A stretch of 64,000 nucleotides of DNA from Nitrospinota bacterium (GTDB lineage: Bacteria; Nitrospinota; Nitrospinia; Nitrospinales; VA-1): positions 10,718 through 74,717 of the forward strand of contig WAIB01000007.1 of NCBI GenBank assembly GCA_009873655.1, in the 5' to 3' direction. The notes beneath the pieces are model-generated. The model saw only the letters and a list, made by a program, of their open reading frames with translations, was not told where the DNA came from and made no database searches. Positions 8,657 to 18,537 of the stretch are shown here, in pieces; position 1 is the stretch's first letter, and each line of letters starts with the position of its first letter. A program made the position numbers and the translations under genes.

Positions 8657-9961
8657 ATGAAAGAGATTAAAGTTGGGCTGATAGGGTTCGGCACCATCGG
8701 GGCGGGTGTTGTAAAAATTCTTAAAAAGAACCAGGAGGTTATCCAGAAAAGGCTGGGCGCTACAGTCAGCGTGGTAAAAATTGCCGACCTCGATATAACA
8801 ACCGATCGGGGAATTGAAATTGAAGAAGGCGTGTTGACGACTTCCGTTGAAGAAATTGTTGATAACCCTGAAATTGATATCGTTGTTGAGTTGATAGGCG
8901 GCTATGAACCGGCCAGGACTTTTTTGCTCAATGCGATCAAGAATAAAAAACATGTGGTGACGGCCAACAAGGCATTATTGGCCAAGCACGGCGATGAGCT
9001 TTTTGAACGGGTGGAAGAAAATGGGCTTGCGATAGGGTTCGAAGCATCTATCGGAGGGGCCATTCCGATTATTCGGTCCATCCGCGAATCATTCGTGGCA
9101 AATCGGATTCATATTCTCGAAGGAATCGTAAATGGCACCGCTAATTATATCCTTAGTAAAATGTCCGATGAAAACTGTGATTTCGACGTTGCTTTGAAAG
9201 AGGCCCAGGAAAAAGGATTTGCCGAAGCAGATCCGACATTTGATATTGAAGGGATCGACTCCGCTCATAAGATAGCCGTTCTGACGCGGATTGCTTACGG
9301 TACTCCGGTAAAATTTGAAGACATCAAGGTTTCGGGAATAACCCATATTACTTCTGATGATATTGAATGCGCAAAAGAATTTGGCTATCGAATCAAACTG
9401 CTTGCAATATCCAAGTATGATGGAAACGCTATTGACCTGCGTGTCCACCCGGCGATGATTCCAAGCAGTCACCCGATGGCAAATGTGAATGGTGTTTTAA
9501 ATGCCATACGTGTCTGTGACGATCTGATGGAAGAAAATATCTTGGCTGGGCACGGTGCAGGTGAATTGCCAACGGGAAGCGCTGTGGTAGGAGACATTGT
9601 AGAAATTGCCCGCAATATCCTTTCCAACGCGAAAGACAGGGTGCCTGCTTCCTCATTTCAAAAAACAGAGATCAAACCGATTCCCTTAAAGGACATGAGT
9701 GCCATCGAATCGGAATATTTCTTGCGTTTTAATGTCTTGGATAAACCGGGAGTGCTCTCCAAAATTTCAGGTATTTTAGGAGACCATTCCATCAGTATAG
9801 AATCAATGATCCAAAAGGGCCGTGGCGAAGAGGGGAAAGCGGTTTCCCTGGTTATGATGTGTCATCGGTCCAGCGAGGGAAATATTCAAAAAGCCCTGAA
9901 TGAAATAGAACAACTTGATGTGGTATGTGGAAAGTCTAACCTCATACGTGTAGAAAAATAG
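8657..9961 (+). CDS. hom: Homoserine dehydrogenase with C-terminal ACT domain
   Basis: The 434 aa ORF has the NAD-binding motif GLIGFGTIGAG, the catalytic-domain motif GIVNGTANYIL, and an ACT-like tail. Confidence 0.9.
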   Translation: MKEIKVGLIGFGTIGAGVVKILKKNQEVIQKRLGATVSVVKIADLDITTDRGIEIEEGVLTTSVEEIVDNPEIDIVVELIGGYEPARTFLLNAIKNKKHVVTANKALLAKHGDELFERVEENGLAIGFEASIGGAIPIIRSIRESFVANRIHILEGIVNGTANYILSKMSDENCDFDVALKEAQEKGFAEADPTFDIEGIDSAHKIAVLTRIAYGTPVKFEDIKVSGITHITSDDIECAKEFGYRIKLLAISKYDGNAIDLRVHPAMIPSSHPMANVNGVLNAIRVCDDLMEENILAGHGAGELPTGSAVVGDIVEIARNILSNAKDRVPASSFQKTEIKPIPLKDMSAIESEYFLRFNVLDKPGVLSKISGILGDHSISIESMIQKGRGEEGKAVSLVMMCHRSSEGNIQKALNEIEQLDVVCGKSNLIRVEK

Positions 9962-9963
9962 AA

Positions 9964-11295
9964 ATGGAATTTAAAGCCTGGTTTCAATGCATCAATCCGG
10001 AATGCGGCGAAAGTTATGAACTGACGGATATTGTTTATCGATGCCGCAAATGTGACGAACTGCTCGAAGTCATGCATGACTTGGATCAGCTTAAGAAAAG
10101 GTCCGCCAAGGAATGGCGGGAATTGTTTGAGCATCGATATCGGGAAAATCACTGGCCCTACGGCAGTTCTGTTTGGGGTAAAAAGGAACTGGCTTGCCCA
10201 AATGTTGATAATGAGAATATTGTTTCTACCTACGAAGGGGGTACCAACCTTTTCTGGGCTGAACGATTGGGCCAGCAGTTGGGACTGGAAGACTTTTGGG
10301 TCAAACAATGCGGAATGGCTCACACGGGTTCGTTTAAAGATCTGGGAATGACCATCCTCGTTTCCATGGTCAAACAGATGATGTCGCAGGGGAAAAATAT
10401 AAAAGCAGTGGCCTGTGCTTCAACAGGAGATACATCCGCTTCCCTGGCAGCCTACTGTGCCGTTGCAGGAATTCCTGCCATTGTCTTTCTCCCTAAAAAT
10501 AAAGTTTCCCTCACGCAATTGATTCAGCCCATTACCCATGGGGTGTTGACCCTTTCCCTGGATACTGATTTTGATGGTTGCATGAAACTGGTGCGGGAAG
10601 TTTGCCAGGGTGATGAGATCTATTTGGCGAATTCCATGAACTCTCTCCGCATTGAAGGTCAAAAAACCATCAGTTTTGAACTGGTACAGCAGTTTAACTG
10701 GGAGGTTCCCGATTTCGTTATAGTGCCGGGTGGGAATCTGGGAAACGTAAGTGCCATCGGCAAGGGTTTTCAAATGTTTTATGACCTTGGGTTGATTGAC
10801 AGGTTACCGCGACTGGTTTGTGCTCAGGCAGAAAGGGCCAACCCTTTATACCGAAGTTTTAAACAAAATTTTGAAACCTTCGAGCCGGTTCAAGCTCAAA
10901 AGACCCTTGCCAGTGCGATTCAGATTGGCGACCCGGTCAGTGTTAAGAAAGCGATTCGGGCTCTGAAAGCTTTTGATGGAATTGTGGAAGAGGCAACAGA
11001 AGGCGAGCTGGCAAATGCCGCCAGCAAGGCAAACCGTACGGGTTTGTTGTGTTGCCCGCATACCGGAGTGGCACTGGCCGTGCTGGAAAAACTGGTAAGT
11101 AATGGAGTGATTAAAAAGCAAGATAAGGTGGTTGTGGTTTCAACAGCAAACGGTTTGAAATTCACAGACTTTTTGTTTAAATGCCATACAGAAAAAATAC
11201 CTGGGGTGAAGCCCGAATATGCATTCGAGCCGGTTGAACTTCCAGCAAATTATGAGGATGTCCGTAACGCCATTCGGGAAAACATTGAGGTATGA
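9964..11295 (+). CDS. thrC: Threonine synthase
   Basis: The 443 aa ORF has an N-terminal Cys4 ribbon (CINPEC...CRKC) and the PLP-lysine motif GSFKDLGM. It starts 2 nt after hom. Confidence 0.9.
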   Translation: MEFKAWFQCINPECGESYELTDIVYRCRKCDELLEVMHDLDQLKKRSAKEWRELFEHRYRENHWPYGSSVWGKKELACPNVDNENIVSTYEGGTNLFWAERLGQQLGLEDFWVKQCGMAHTGSFKDLGMTILVSMVKQMMSQGKNIKAVACASTGDTSASLAAYCAVAGIPAIVFLPKNKVSLTQLIQPITHGVLTLSLDTDFDGCMKLVREVCQGDEIYLANSMNSLRIEGQKTISFELVQQFNWEVPDFVIVPGGNLGNVSAIGKGFQMFYDLGLIDRLPRLVCAQAERANPLYRSFKQNFETFEPVQAQKTLASAIQIGDPVSVKKAIRALKAFDGIVEEATEGELANAASKANRTGLLCCPHTGVALAVLEKLVSNGVIKKQDKVVVVSTANGLKFTDFLFKCHTEKIPGVKPEYAFEPVELPANYEDVRNAIRENIEV

Positions 11296-12020
11296 ATAAA
11301 ATAAACAGCTTTATTTTAATTGCCCTTCTTGGTTTCACTGTTTCCTCTCCCTTGTATGCCAGCGACCAGGTTTTGGTTGAAGGTGGAGAATTTGAAATGG
11401 GAGGGTTCTATTGTGAGGAAGAGCAAAATAACTCCGATTGGTGCAGCGATGAGGTTCCTCATAAAGTACAGGTGGATTCTTTTTGGATCGACAAATATGA
11501 AGTGACCAATGCCAAATACCGTGAATGTTTTTTGGCGGGAGCCTGCGAACCGGCCGTATTGCATGAAGACCGGCCAGGGGACTTCAATAAAAAAGATCAG
11601 CCCGTGGTATTTACAACCTGGAAAGAAGCCCTGGCTTATTGCAAATGGCGGGGAGGACGCCTGCCAACGGAAGCAGAGTGGGAGTTTGCTGCCAAGGTTG
11701 AAAAGCCGGGGGGAGCCTATTGGGATCAACCCTATGGAGTGGGTGCTCCCGTTCCCGTTGGAAGTTTCGAAGCAAATTCCCGGGGACTTTATGATGTAAT
11801 GGGCAATGTTTATGAGTGGACCATGGATTGGTATGGTCCCTATAAAACGACTGGAAAGCAGGTAAGCCCTTTGGGGCCCTCAAAAGGGAAAAGTAAGGTG
11901 GTGAGGGGTGGATCGTGGGATTCCCAGAGCCATTTTCTAAGAACATCTGATCGGGTGGCAAAAGACCCCGATTTAAGATACAGCGGTGTTGGTTTTCGTT
12001 GTGTCAAGCCGAATAGATAG
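11292..12020 (+). CDS. Secreted formylglycine-generating-enzyme (SUMF1/FGE-sulfatase) family protein
   Basis: The 242 aa ORF has a signal peptide and the FGE-family blocks LPTEAEWEFAA, NVYEWT, RGGSW and GFRCV. Its ATG overlaps the thrC stop (ATGA). Confidence 0.7.
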   Translation: MNKINSFILIALLGFTVSSPLYASDQVLVEGGEFEMGGFYCEEEQNNSDWCSDEVPHKVQVDSFWIDKYEVTNAKYRECFLAGACEPAVLHEDRPGDFNKKDQPVVFTTWKEALAYCKWRGGRLPTEAEWEFAAKVEKPGGAYWDQPYGVGAPVPVGSFEANSRGLYDVMGNVYEWTMDWYGPYKTTGKQVSPLGPSKGKSKVVRGGSWDSQSHFLRTSDRVAKDPDLRYSGVGFRCVKPNR

Positions 12021-12031
12021 AAAGGTCAGTT

Positions 12032-12985
12032 ATGAGTGACGTGAAAAATGTGGTTATTATTGGGTCAGGGCCGGCAGGACACACTGCTGCCATATATGCG
12101 GCTCGAGCCAACTTGAAACCTTTTATGTTTGAAGGGTATATGCTGGGCGGCTCAGCGGGGGGGCAGTTGACCACCACCACCGATGTGGAAAATTATCCCG
12201 GATTTCCCGAAGGGGTTGAAGGTCCCGAGTTGATGCAATTGTTTAGAAAACAATCTGAACGGTTTGGCACCGAGATGGTTCAGGAAGATGTTGTCGAAAC
12301 GGATTTAAGTAAATCTCCTTTTACCATTAAAAGCGAGAACCGTGAAATCAAAGCTCATTCAGTCATTATCTCTACGGGAGCGACGGCTAAGCGAATGGGA
12401 GTCCCTAATGAAGAAAAGATGTGGAACAACGGAATGTCTGCCTGCGCAGTGTGTGACGGGGCGCTTCCAATGTTTCGCAATCAGCCCTTAATGGTAATCG
12501 GCGGAGGGGACACCGCAGTCGAAGAAGCGAGTTATCTCACCAAATTTGGTTCCGTTGTCTATATGGTTCACCGCAGGGATCAATTGAGGGCATCAAAAAT
12601 CATGCAGGAACGTGCGTTCAAAAATCCAAAATTGGAAATACTCTGGGATTCGGTTTTAGAAGACGCCCTGGGGGATGACTATGTAACCGGAGCCAAAATT
12701 TCCAATGTTAAAACCAAGGAAGGGCGCGAGATAGATGTGGCGGGAATTTTTTACGCCATTGGGCACACACCTAATACCGGTATTTTTAATGGGCAGTTGG
12801 ATCTCGATGAAGCGGGATATATTAAAATCAAACCGGGAACTCAGGAAACCAGTATAGAAGGTGTATTCGCCGCCGGAGATGTGCACGACCATAAATATCG
12901 CCAGGCCATAACCGCCGCAGGAACAGGCTGTGCCGCGGCCCTCGAAGCGGAAAGGTGGCTCGCTGAAAAGGGTCTGGGTGAATAA
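12032..12985 (+). CDS. trxB: Thioredoxin-disulfide reductase
   Basis: Motifs GSGPAG (FAD), the redox pair CAVCDG, and GGGDTA (NADPH) are present. Confidence 0.92.
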   Translation: MSDVKNVVIIGSGPAGHTAAIYAARANLKPFMFEGYMLGGSAGGQLTTTTDVENYPGFPEGVEGPELMQLFRKQSERFGTEMVQEDVVETDLSKSPFTIKSENREIKAHSVIISTGATAKRMGVPNEEKMWNNGMSACAVCDGALPMFRNQPLMVIGGGDTAVEEASYLTKFGSVVYMVHRRDQLRASKIMQERAFKNPKLEILWDSVLEDALGDDYVTGAKISNVKTKEGREIDVAGIFYAIGHTPNTGIFNGQLDLDEAGYIKIKPGTQETSIEGVFAAGDVHDHKYRQAITAAGTGCAAALEAERWLAEKGLGE

Positions 12986-13008
12986 AGATTCCGAATTGGA
13001 TTCATTAA

Positions 13009-13323
13009 AAAAACCTGGAACAAATCCTGAAAGAGGGGAATTTTGCGTCTAAAATAGAATCAACGGGAAATGATAAAACAGACGACCTCATAAAACTTCT
13101 TAACAACCTCCCTGAAGAAGTCCGAAAGCGCGATGAAAAAATCGCCCTGCAAAAAAACCTTACATCACAGATAGAAATCCATACCAGTGAATGGGAAGAG
13201 AGCAATAACAAGCTCTCTCTCGATAAGCGCGAAGCCGAAACCTCCAGTCTCAGCAAGTCCGTGTTTCTGGCCAATCTCAGCCATTTGTTCGCGGGACCAA
13301 CCTGTTTGTTCAGGATATCCTGA
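13009..13323 (+). pseudogene. Remnant of a sensor histidine kinase (coiled-coil linker plus degraded H-box)
   Basis: The frame opens directly after a TAA at 13006-13008. It has no in-frame ATG/GTG/TTG until near its end. My translation ends ...KREAETSSLSKSVFLANLSHLFAGPTCLFRIS*. SKSVFLANLSH matches the HisKA H-box (compare [15 protein letters not shown] in the intact kinase at 41148), but homology stops after the His and no ATPase domain follows. Confidence 0.5.
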
Positions 13324-13504
13324 AAATGAAAAAATAGGGCAATCGGGTTTCAATAGAGGTTTTCTGGCAATGGATAAGGTTCCATTAAACGGGTCGTCTG
13401 GTTTGCCTCACTCAATAGGAATAGACGGGCCTAATGTTGAGAGCGCCAAAGAAAAAACCTCTTGATTATGATTGTAGCATTTAAATCTATTGAGAAGCAT
13501 TAGC

Positions 13505-13533
13505 TTGACAACCTGATTTCCCGATTTTATCTG
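13505..13533 (+). promoter_or_regulatory. Candidate promoter for clpB (TTGACA, 17 nt spacer, TATCTG)
   Basis: TTGACA lies at 13505-13510 and TATCTG at 13528-13533. The -10 element is weak, and I see no clear sigma32 or CIRCE element. Confidence 0.35.
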
Positions 13534-13570
13534 GATTAAAGAAGGTAATAAATTTCTAGTGAGGTGTTTT

Positions 13571-16201
13571 ATGCGCTTTGAACAAATGACTATAAAATTA
13601 CAGGAAGCATTTTCAAATGCCCAGAATCTGTGCGCCCGGGAAGGGCACCAGGCGATTGAATATGAGCATTTGTTGATCCCCCTTATCCAGGATAGTGACG
13701 GGATTGCCTCGGCTTTGTTGAAGAAAGTGGGGGTGGACCCTAATTCGGTTATTGCTGAATTACAGGAAGCCATAAAAAAATATCCTCGCGTTTCGGGCGG
13801 TGGAAAAGTTTATATTTCAGAAACTCTTGGTGAAGTCGGCTTAAAAGCGGAAGATGAAGCCCGGAACATGCAGGATGAGTTCTTAAGCGCAGAGCATTTC
13901 CTGCTGGCATTGTCCAACCATAAAAAAACAAAAGGGGTCTTTAAATCTTTTGGACTCACCCATGAAATCTTACTAAAAGGATTGCAGTCCCTTCGCGGGA
14001 GCCAGAGAGTCACCGACCAGGACCCGGAAAGCAAATTTCAGGTGCTGGATAAGTATTGCGTGGATCTCACGAAAGCCGCGCGCGCGGGGAAACTGGATCC
14101 GGTTATAGGCAGGGATGGAGAAATACGCAGGGTCATACAGGTTTTATCGCGGCGCACAAAAAATAACCCGGTTCTTATTGGTGAACCGGGAGTCGGAAAG
14201 ACTGCCATTATAGAAGGACTGGCCCAACGTGTTTGTCACAAAGATGTTCCGGAAGGCTTGTTGAATAAAAGAATTTTAGCTTTGGATTTGGCTCAGTTGG
14301 TGGCGGGAGCCAAATATCGTGGCGAATTTGAAGATCGATTGAAATCGGTGTTAAAGGAAATCAGCGCAGCTGCCGGGGAAATCATTCTTTTTATAGACGA
14401 GTTGCATACCCTGGTGGGAGCAGGCTCCGCCGAAGGATCAATGGATGCCTCCAATATGTTGAAACCTGCATTGGCAAGAGGAGAACTGCATTGCGTCGGT
14501 GCGACCACCCTGAATGAGTATCGAAAGTATATCGAGAAAGATGCCGCATTGGAACGCCGCTTCCAGCCTGTACCTGTCGGCGAACCCAGCGTCGAGGACA
14601 CCGTGTCCATATTACGGGGTTTGAAGGGCAAGTACGAAGTGCATCATGGGGTTCGTATTCAAGACGCAGCGATCCTTGCTGCGGCCAAGCTATCTCATCG
14701 CTATATTACGGATCGTTTTCTTCCAGACAAAGCCATTGACCTTATCGATGAAGCCGCCTCGTGCCTGAAAATGCAAATTGACTCCATGCCCGCAGAAATT
14801 GATGAGTTGCAAAGGAAAATCACACAACTTGAAATTGAGCGTGAAGCTTTAAAAAAAGAAAATGATAAAGATTCTCAAACAAGGCTGGAAACTTTGGAAA
14901 AAGAAGTTTTAGAAGTGAACGAAAAATGTTCGTTTTTGAAGGAACAGTGGAAACGTGAGAAAAAGATCATTGGAGAAAAACGGGCATTGAAGGAACAAAT
15001 CCAAAAAGCATCCGAGGAAAACGATAATGCGGAAAGGGAAGGCCATCTGGAGCAAGCGGCAGAATTGAAATACGGCACTCTTCCCAGGTTAACACGTGAA
15101 CTGCAGGCGCTTGAAGAAACTCTTGAGAAAGATAAGGACAAGCTTCTGAATGAAGAAGTGGGTGAAGAAGATGTGTCTCGCATTGTATCGCGCTGGACCG
15201 GAATCCCCGTTGAAAGAATGCTGCAGTCCGAGAAGCAAAGACTTTTGGAAATGGAAAACGTATTGCACGAACAAGTCATCGGGCAGGACGATGCGGTTCG
15301 GTTGGTTTCCAATTCGATTCGGCGAGCGAGGGCGGGACTTCAGGACCCGGCAAGGCCGATCGGAAGCTTTTTGTTTCTGGGTCCTACCGGTGTCGGGAAG
15401 ACTCAACTGGCCCGGTCTCTGGCTGAGTTTCTGTTTCAGGATGAACAGGCCATGATTCGGGTGGACATGTCTGAATATATGGAAAAGCATTCCATTGCCC
15501 GGCTTATCGGGGCCCCTCCCGGTTATGTAGGGCATGAAGAGGGAGGAATGTTGACCGAGGCGGTTCGACGCAGACCTTATACCGTGGTTCTGCTGGATGA
15601 AATTGAAAAAGCGCATGCCGATGTTTTTAATCTGTTTCTGCAAATCCTGGATGAGGGCCGTTTGACAGACGGGCAGGGAAGAACAGTAGATTTTAAAAAT
15701 ACCGTGATTCTGATGACTTCCAATCTTGGCAGCAAGTTTATTGAAACATCCGGATTGGAAGCTCTGAAAAGAGAAACGGAAAATGAGGCCCGGGAAGTTT
15801 GGGAACGGGAATATGAAAAAATTCAAGAGTCTGTTAGGCAGGAGCTTCGGAATCATTTCCGTCCTGAATTTTTAAATCGTATCGATGATATTGTTTTGTT
15901 TAAAAACCTGAGCCGTGATCAGATTCAGGATATTGTTGATGTCCAGTTGAAAGACCTCAGGAAACGTTTAGCTGAGAGAAACATGTCGTTGGAATTGAGC
16001 GATAAAGTTAAAGAGATGCTGGCGGAAAAAGGATATGACCCGGTATTCGGAGCTCGGCCCTTGAAAAGAGCCATACAAAAATATATGCAGGACCCTCTAT
16101 CAATGAAAATCCTCCAGGGGGATTTTCTGGATGGAGATAAGATAGAAGTCAATACAAGTGGCGAGAATGACTCTCTCATTTTTAGAAAGGTACTCGCCTG
16201 A
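13571..16201 (+). CDS. clpB: ATP-dependent chaperone/disaggregase ClpB
   Basis: It has two AAA+ modules (GEPGVGKT and GPTGVGKT) separated by a long coiled-coil M-domain. I prefer the ATG at 13571 ([14 protein letters not shown], with GAGGTG 5-6 nt upstream) over the GTG at 13559 in the track. Confidence 0.95.
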   Translation: MRFEQMTIKLQEAFSNAQNLCAREGHQAIEYEHLLIPLIQDSDGIASALLKKVGVDPNSVIAELQEAIKKYPRVSGGGKVYISETLGEVGLKAEDEARNMQDEFLSAEHFLLALSNHKKTKGVFKSFGLTHEILLKGLQSLRGSQRVTDQDPESKFQVLDKYCVDLTKAARAGKLDPVIGRDGEIRRVIQVLSRRTKNNPVLIGEPGVGKTAIIEGLAQRVCHKDVPEGLLNKRILALDLAQLVAGAKYRGEFEDRLKSVLKEISAAAGEIILFIDELHTLVGAGSAEGSMDASNMLKPALARGELHCVGATTLNEYRKYIEKDAALERRFQPVPVGEPSVEDTVSILRGLKGKYEVHHGVRIQDAAILAAAKLSHRYITDRFLPDKAIDLIDEAASCLKMQIDSMPAEIDELQRKITQLEIEREALKKENDKDSQTRLETLEKEVLEVNEKCSFLKEQWKREKKIIGEKRALKEQIQKASEENDNAEREGHLEQAAELKYGTLPRLTRELQALEETLEKDKDKLLNEEVGEEDVSRIVSRWTGIPVERMLQSEKQRLLEMENVLHEQVIGQDDAVRLVSNSIRRARAGLQDPARPIGSFLFLGPTGVGKTQLARSLAEFLFQDEQAMIRVDMSEYMEKHSIARLIGAPPGYVGHEEGGMLTEAVRRRPYTVVLLDEIEKAHADVFNLFLQILDEGRLTDGQGRTVDFKNTVILMTSNLGSKFIETSGLEALKRETENEAREVWEREYEKIQESVRQELRNHFRPEFLNRIDDIVLFKNLSRDQIQDIVDVQLKDLRKRLAERNMSLELSDKVKEMLAEKGYDPVFGARPLKRAIQKYMQDPLSMKILQGDFLDGDKIEVNTSGENDSLIFRKVLA

Positions 16202-16202
16202 T

Positions 16203-16412
16203 TCAATAAGTTTCGTCCCCTATGTTATCTAGGTTTGATTTTTTCTTTCTGGTGTCATTCCTCGATTTCCCCTTCCATTGGTTTTTTGTGAACGAATTGC
16301 ACCTTTTTTCCAAAGTTTTGTAATTTTCCCAATGTCTGCGTTGTAACTCTTTGCCGGAAATTATCTTCTTCAGGTTCCCATAAGCATCCAATATTTTAGT
16401 TTCATAAAACAT
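16203..16412 (-). CDS. Small basic hypothetical protein (69 aa)
   Basis: The ORF has a GGGGG run about 8 nt upstream of its ATG. It is Lys/Arg-rich with no recognisable motif, and it is convergent with clpB, abutting its stop. Confidence 0.3.
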   Translation of the reverse strand: MFYETKILDAYGNLKKIISGKELQRRHWENYKTLEKRCNSFTKNQWKGKSRNDTRKKKSNLDNIGDETY

Positions 16413-16637
16413 GTGATTTACCCCCAGTTATTGGTTTAACAAGTAAGCTCACACTCCCGATGTAAATTATAAAATTATATTAACAGAAATTGTTAATATG
16501 TAAAGGGTGAATTTCTCTCTTCATTCCCGGATAATTTTGGGGAATGAAACGCAAAATTTAAAAGAAAAACACTCATTATTTTGCCCAGGAAAGAGTATAT
16601 TTGATGTCCTGTCAGAATTTTTTGAAAGGAGCCCAAG

Positions 16638-17198
16638 TTGAATTCTCAATCCTTGAAAAAACCAACTTTATTTTTTGTTTCCTTTATCCTTTCTGGGCTG
16701 TTCTTTGCCCAAGGCATTTTTGCGGCAACAGCGAAGGAAATTGATGTCAGTGTGGATGTTGCCTTGGAGCGATTTTATAAAGAAGTACCCGGTAGCAAGA
16801 GTTTTTCAAAAAAAGCCAAGGGGATGTTAGTATTTCCATCAGTGATTAAAGCCGGAATTGGTCTGGGGGCAGAATATGGAGAAGGAGCAATGAGGATTGG
16901 GGGAAAAACGGCCGATTATTACAACACGATGGCAGCTTCAGTTGGTTTTCAATTAGGAGCCCAGTCCAAGAGCATCGTAATGTTATTTATGACGGATGGA
17001 GCACTTAAAGAATTCCAAAACAGCGAAGGTTGGAAAGCCGGAGTGGACGGTTCCGTTGCTTTGATCGAGCTGGGAATGGGAGATTCACTGGATACCGCAA
17101 ACGTGAAGGACCCTATAATCGCCTTTATCTTTGGTCAAAAAGGCTTAATGTATAATCTCACTTTAGAGGGTTCAAAGTTTAATAAATTAAAGAAATAA
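16638..17198 (+). CDS. Secreted SYLF (Ysc84-like, DUF500) lipid-binding domain protein
   Basis: It uses a TTG start with AAGGAG upstream and has a signal peptide. The Gly-rich blocks GLGAEYGEG and SVGFQLGAQ are typical of the SYLF fold as I remember it. Confidence 0.5.
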   Translation: MNSQSLKKPTLFFVSFILSGLFFAQGIFAATAKEIDVSVDVALERFYKEVPGSKSFSKKAKGMLVFPSVIKAGIGLGAEYGEGAMRIGGKTADYYNTMAASVGFQLGAQSKSIVMLFMTDGALKEFQNSEGWKAGVDGSVALIELGMGDSLDTANVKDPIIAFIFGQKGLMYNLTLEGSKFNKLKK

Positions 17199-17222
17199 AA
17201 TAATTTTTCCTCCCGGCAATAT

Positions 17223-18524
17223 ATGTCCCACCTATCCTTTGATTTCAGTAATTTAAAAGGCTTTATTTCTGAAAAGGCCTTGGAACACCTCTCCCCGGAT
17301 ATCCAGGCCTGCCACGAATCCCTTGAGAAGGGTGAAGGTCCGGGGTCTGAATTTCTTGGCTGGAAAAGCCCGGGAAAACCGGAGTCCATTCCAGGTGAAA
17401 TTGAAGAGGTGGCTGAATCTCTTCGAGATCGTTGTGAGGTGTTCATTGTAGTCGGGATAGGGGGCTCCTATATGGGAGCGCAGGCGGGATTGACATTTTT
17501 AAAATCCTCATTCCCCAACGGATTGGGCAAAGCGGGCGGGCCTGAAATTTATTTCTCCGGCCACAATATCAGTTCGGATTATCATTCGGATCTCCTGGAA
17601 TTGATCGAAGGTAAAGATGTTTGTTTGAATGTGATTTCCAAATCAGGTACCACGACCGAGCCCGCAATTGCCTTTCGGATCCTGAAAGAATTGGTTGAGA
17701 AAAAATATGGCGTAGATGGGGCAAAAGAAAGGATTGTGGCCACAACAGATGCCGGGAAAGGAGCTTTGAACAAACTTGCGAATGAGCAGGGATATAGAAA
17801 ATTTGTAATTCCGGATGATATTGGAGGAAGATATTCGGTTCTGACGCCTGTCGGCCTTTTGCCAATGGCGGTTTCTGGAATAAATATCAGAAAATTACTG
17901 GCAGGCGCCTTAAAAGGAGAGGAATTGTATTCCCGACCCTCAGTAATGGAGAATGAGGCCTGTCAATATGCCGGGTTTCGTCATTCACTCTATCAGAAGG
18001 GTTTTACCACGGAAATACTGGCTTCTTTCCAGCCGTGTTTGCATCATTTTGCAGAGTGGTGGAAGCAACTGGCAGGGGAAAGCGAGGGGAAGGATCAAAA
18101 AGGGATATTTCCGGCATCGGCGGAATTTACCACGGATTTGCACTCTTTGGGGCAATGGATTCAAGACGGAGGAAGGACGATATTCGAAACCTTTTTGCTG
18201 CTCGAAAAATCCGATCGCCAGTTGAAAATACCTGCTTCCAAAAATGATCCAGACGGTTTAAACTACCTCGCCGGAAAAACCTTGGATGAGGTCAACCGCA
18301 AGGCTTATGAAGGCACTGCTCTTGCCCACCTGGAGGGCGGAGTGCCTAACCTTTCTATCAGTATCAAGGATCGATCCCCTGAATCTCTGGGCCAGCTATT
18401 TTATTTTTTTGAAAGAGCGGTTGCGATGACAGGTTATTTGAATGGAGTCAATCCATTTGACCAGCCTGGAGTTGAATTTTATAAAAAGAATATGTTTAAG
18501 CTTTTGAATAAACCGGGTTATTAG
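17223..18524 (+). CDS. pgi: Glucose-6-phosphate isomerase (short bacterial type)
   Basis: The 433 aa ORF carries the SIS motifs GIGGSYMG and ISKSGTTTEP. Confidence 0.85.
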   Translation: MSHLSFDFSNLKGFISEKALEHLSPDIQACHESLEKGEGPGSEFLGWKSPGKPESIPGEIEEVAESLRDRCEVFIVVGIGGSYMGAQAGLTFLKSSFPNGLGKAGGPEIYFSGHNISSDYHSDLLELIEGKDVCLNVISKSGTTTEPAIAFRILKELVEKKYGVDGAKERIVATTDAGKGALNKLANEQGYRKFVIPDDIGGRYSVLTPVGLLPMAVSGINIRKLLAGALKGEELYSRPSVMENEACQYAGFRHSLYQKGFTTEILASFQPCLHHFAEWWKQLAGESEGKDQKGIFPASAEFTTDLHSLGQWIQDGGRTIFETFLLLEKSDRQLKIPASKNDPDGLNYLAGKTLDEVNRKAYEGTALAHLEGGVPNLSISIKDRSPESLGQLFYFFERAVAMTGYLNGVNPFDQPGVEFYKKNMFKLLNKPGY

Positions 18525-18537
18525 AAAGGATTTGAAC

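Noticed and set aside
9030-9050. GGTTCGAA-like strings that could be tRNA T-loops. They also occur near 21205-21215 and 57553-57565.
   Set aside because: All lie inside well-supported protein-coding genes (hom, argG and the ABC1 kinase). None has a flanking acceptor or anticodon stem. I found no tRNA-like cloverleaf in any intergenic region.
13005-13465. Short ORFs from the track in the trxB-clpB spacer (13005-13274 minus, 13165-13353 minus, 13187-13465 plus).
   Set aside because: They have no motifs, and the minus-strand ORFs are Ser/Arg/Leu-rich. The only recognisable signal in this spacer is the plus-strand H-box remnant, reported as a pseudogene.
15089-15856. A 255 aa antisense ORF inside clpB. 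Similar long antisense ORFs occur at 794-1204, 30954-31460, 33643-34116, 36803-37387, 42674-43351 and 63051-63737.
   Set aside because: Each lies fully inside a gene with unmistakable family motifs on the other strand. Each has low-complexity or odd composition and no recognisable motif or ribosome-binding site. They are typical shadow ORFs.
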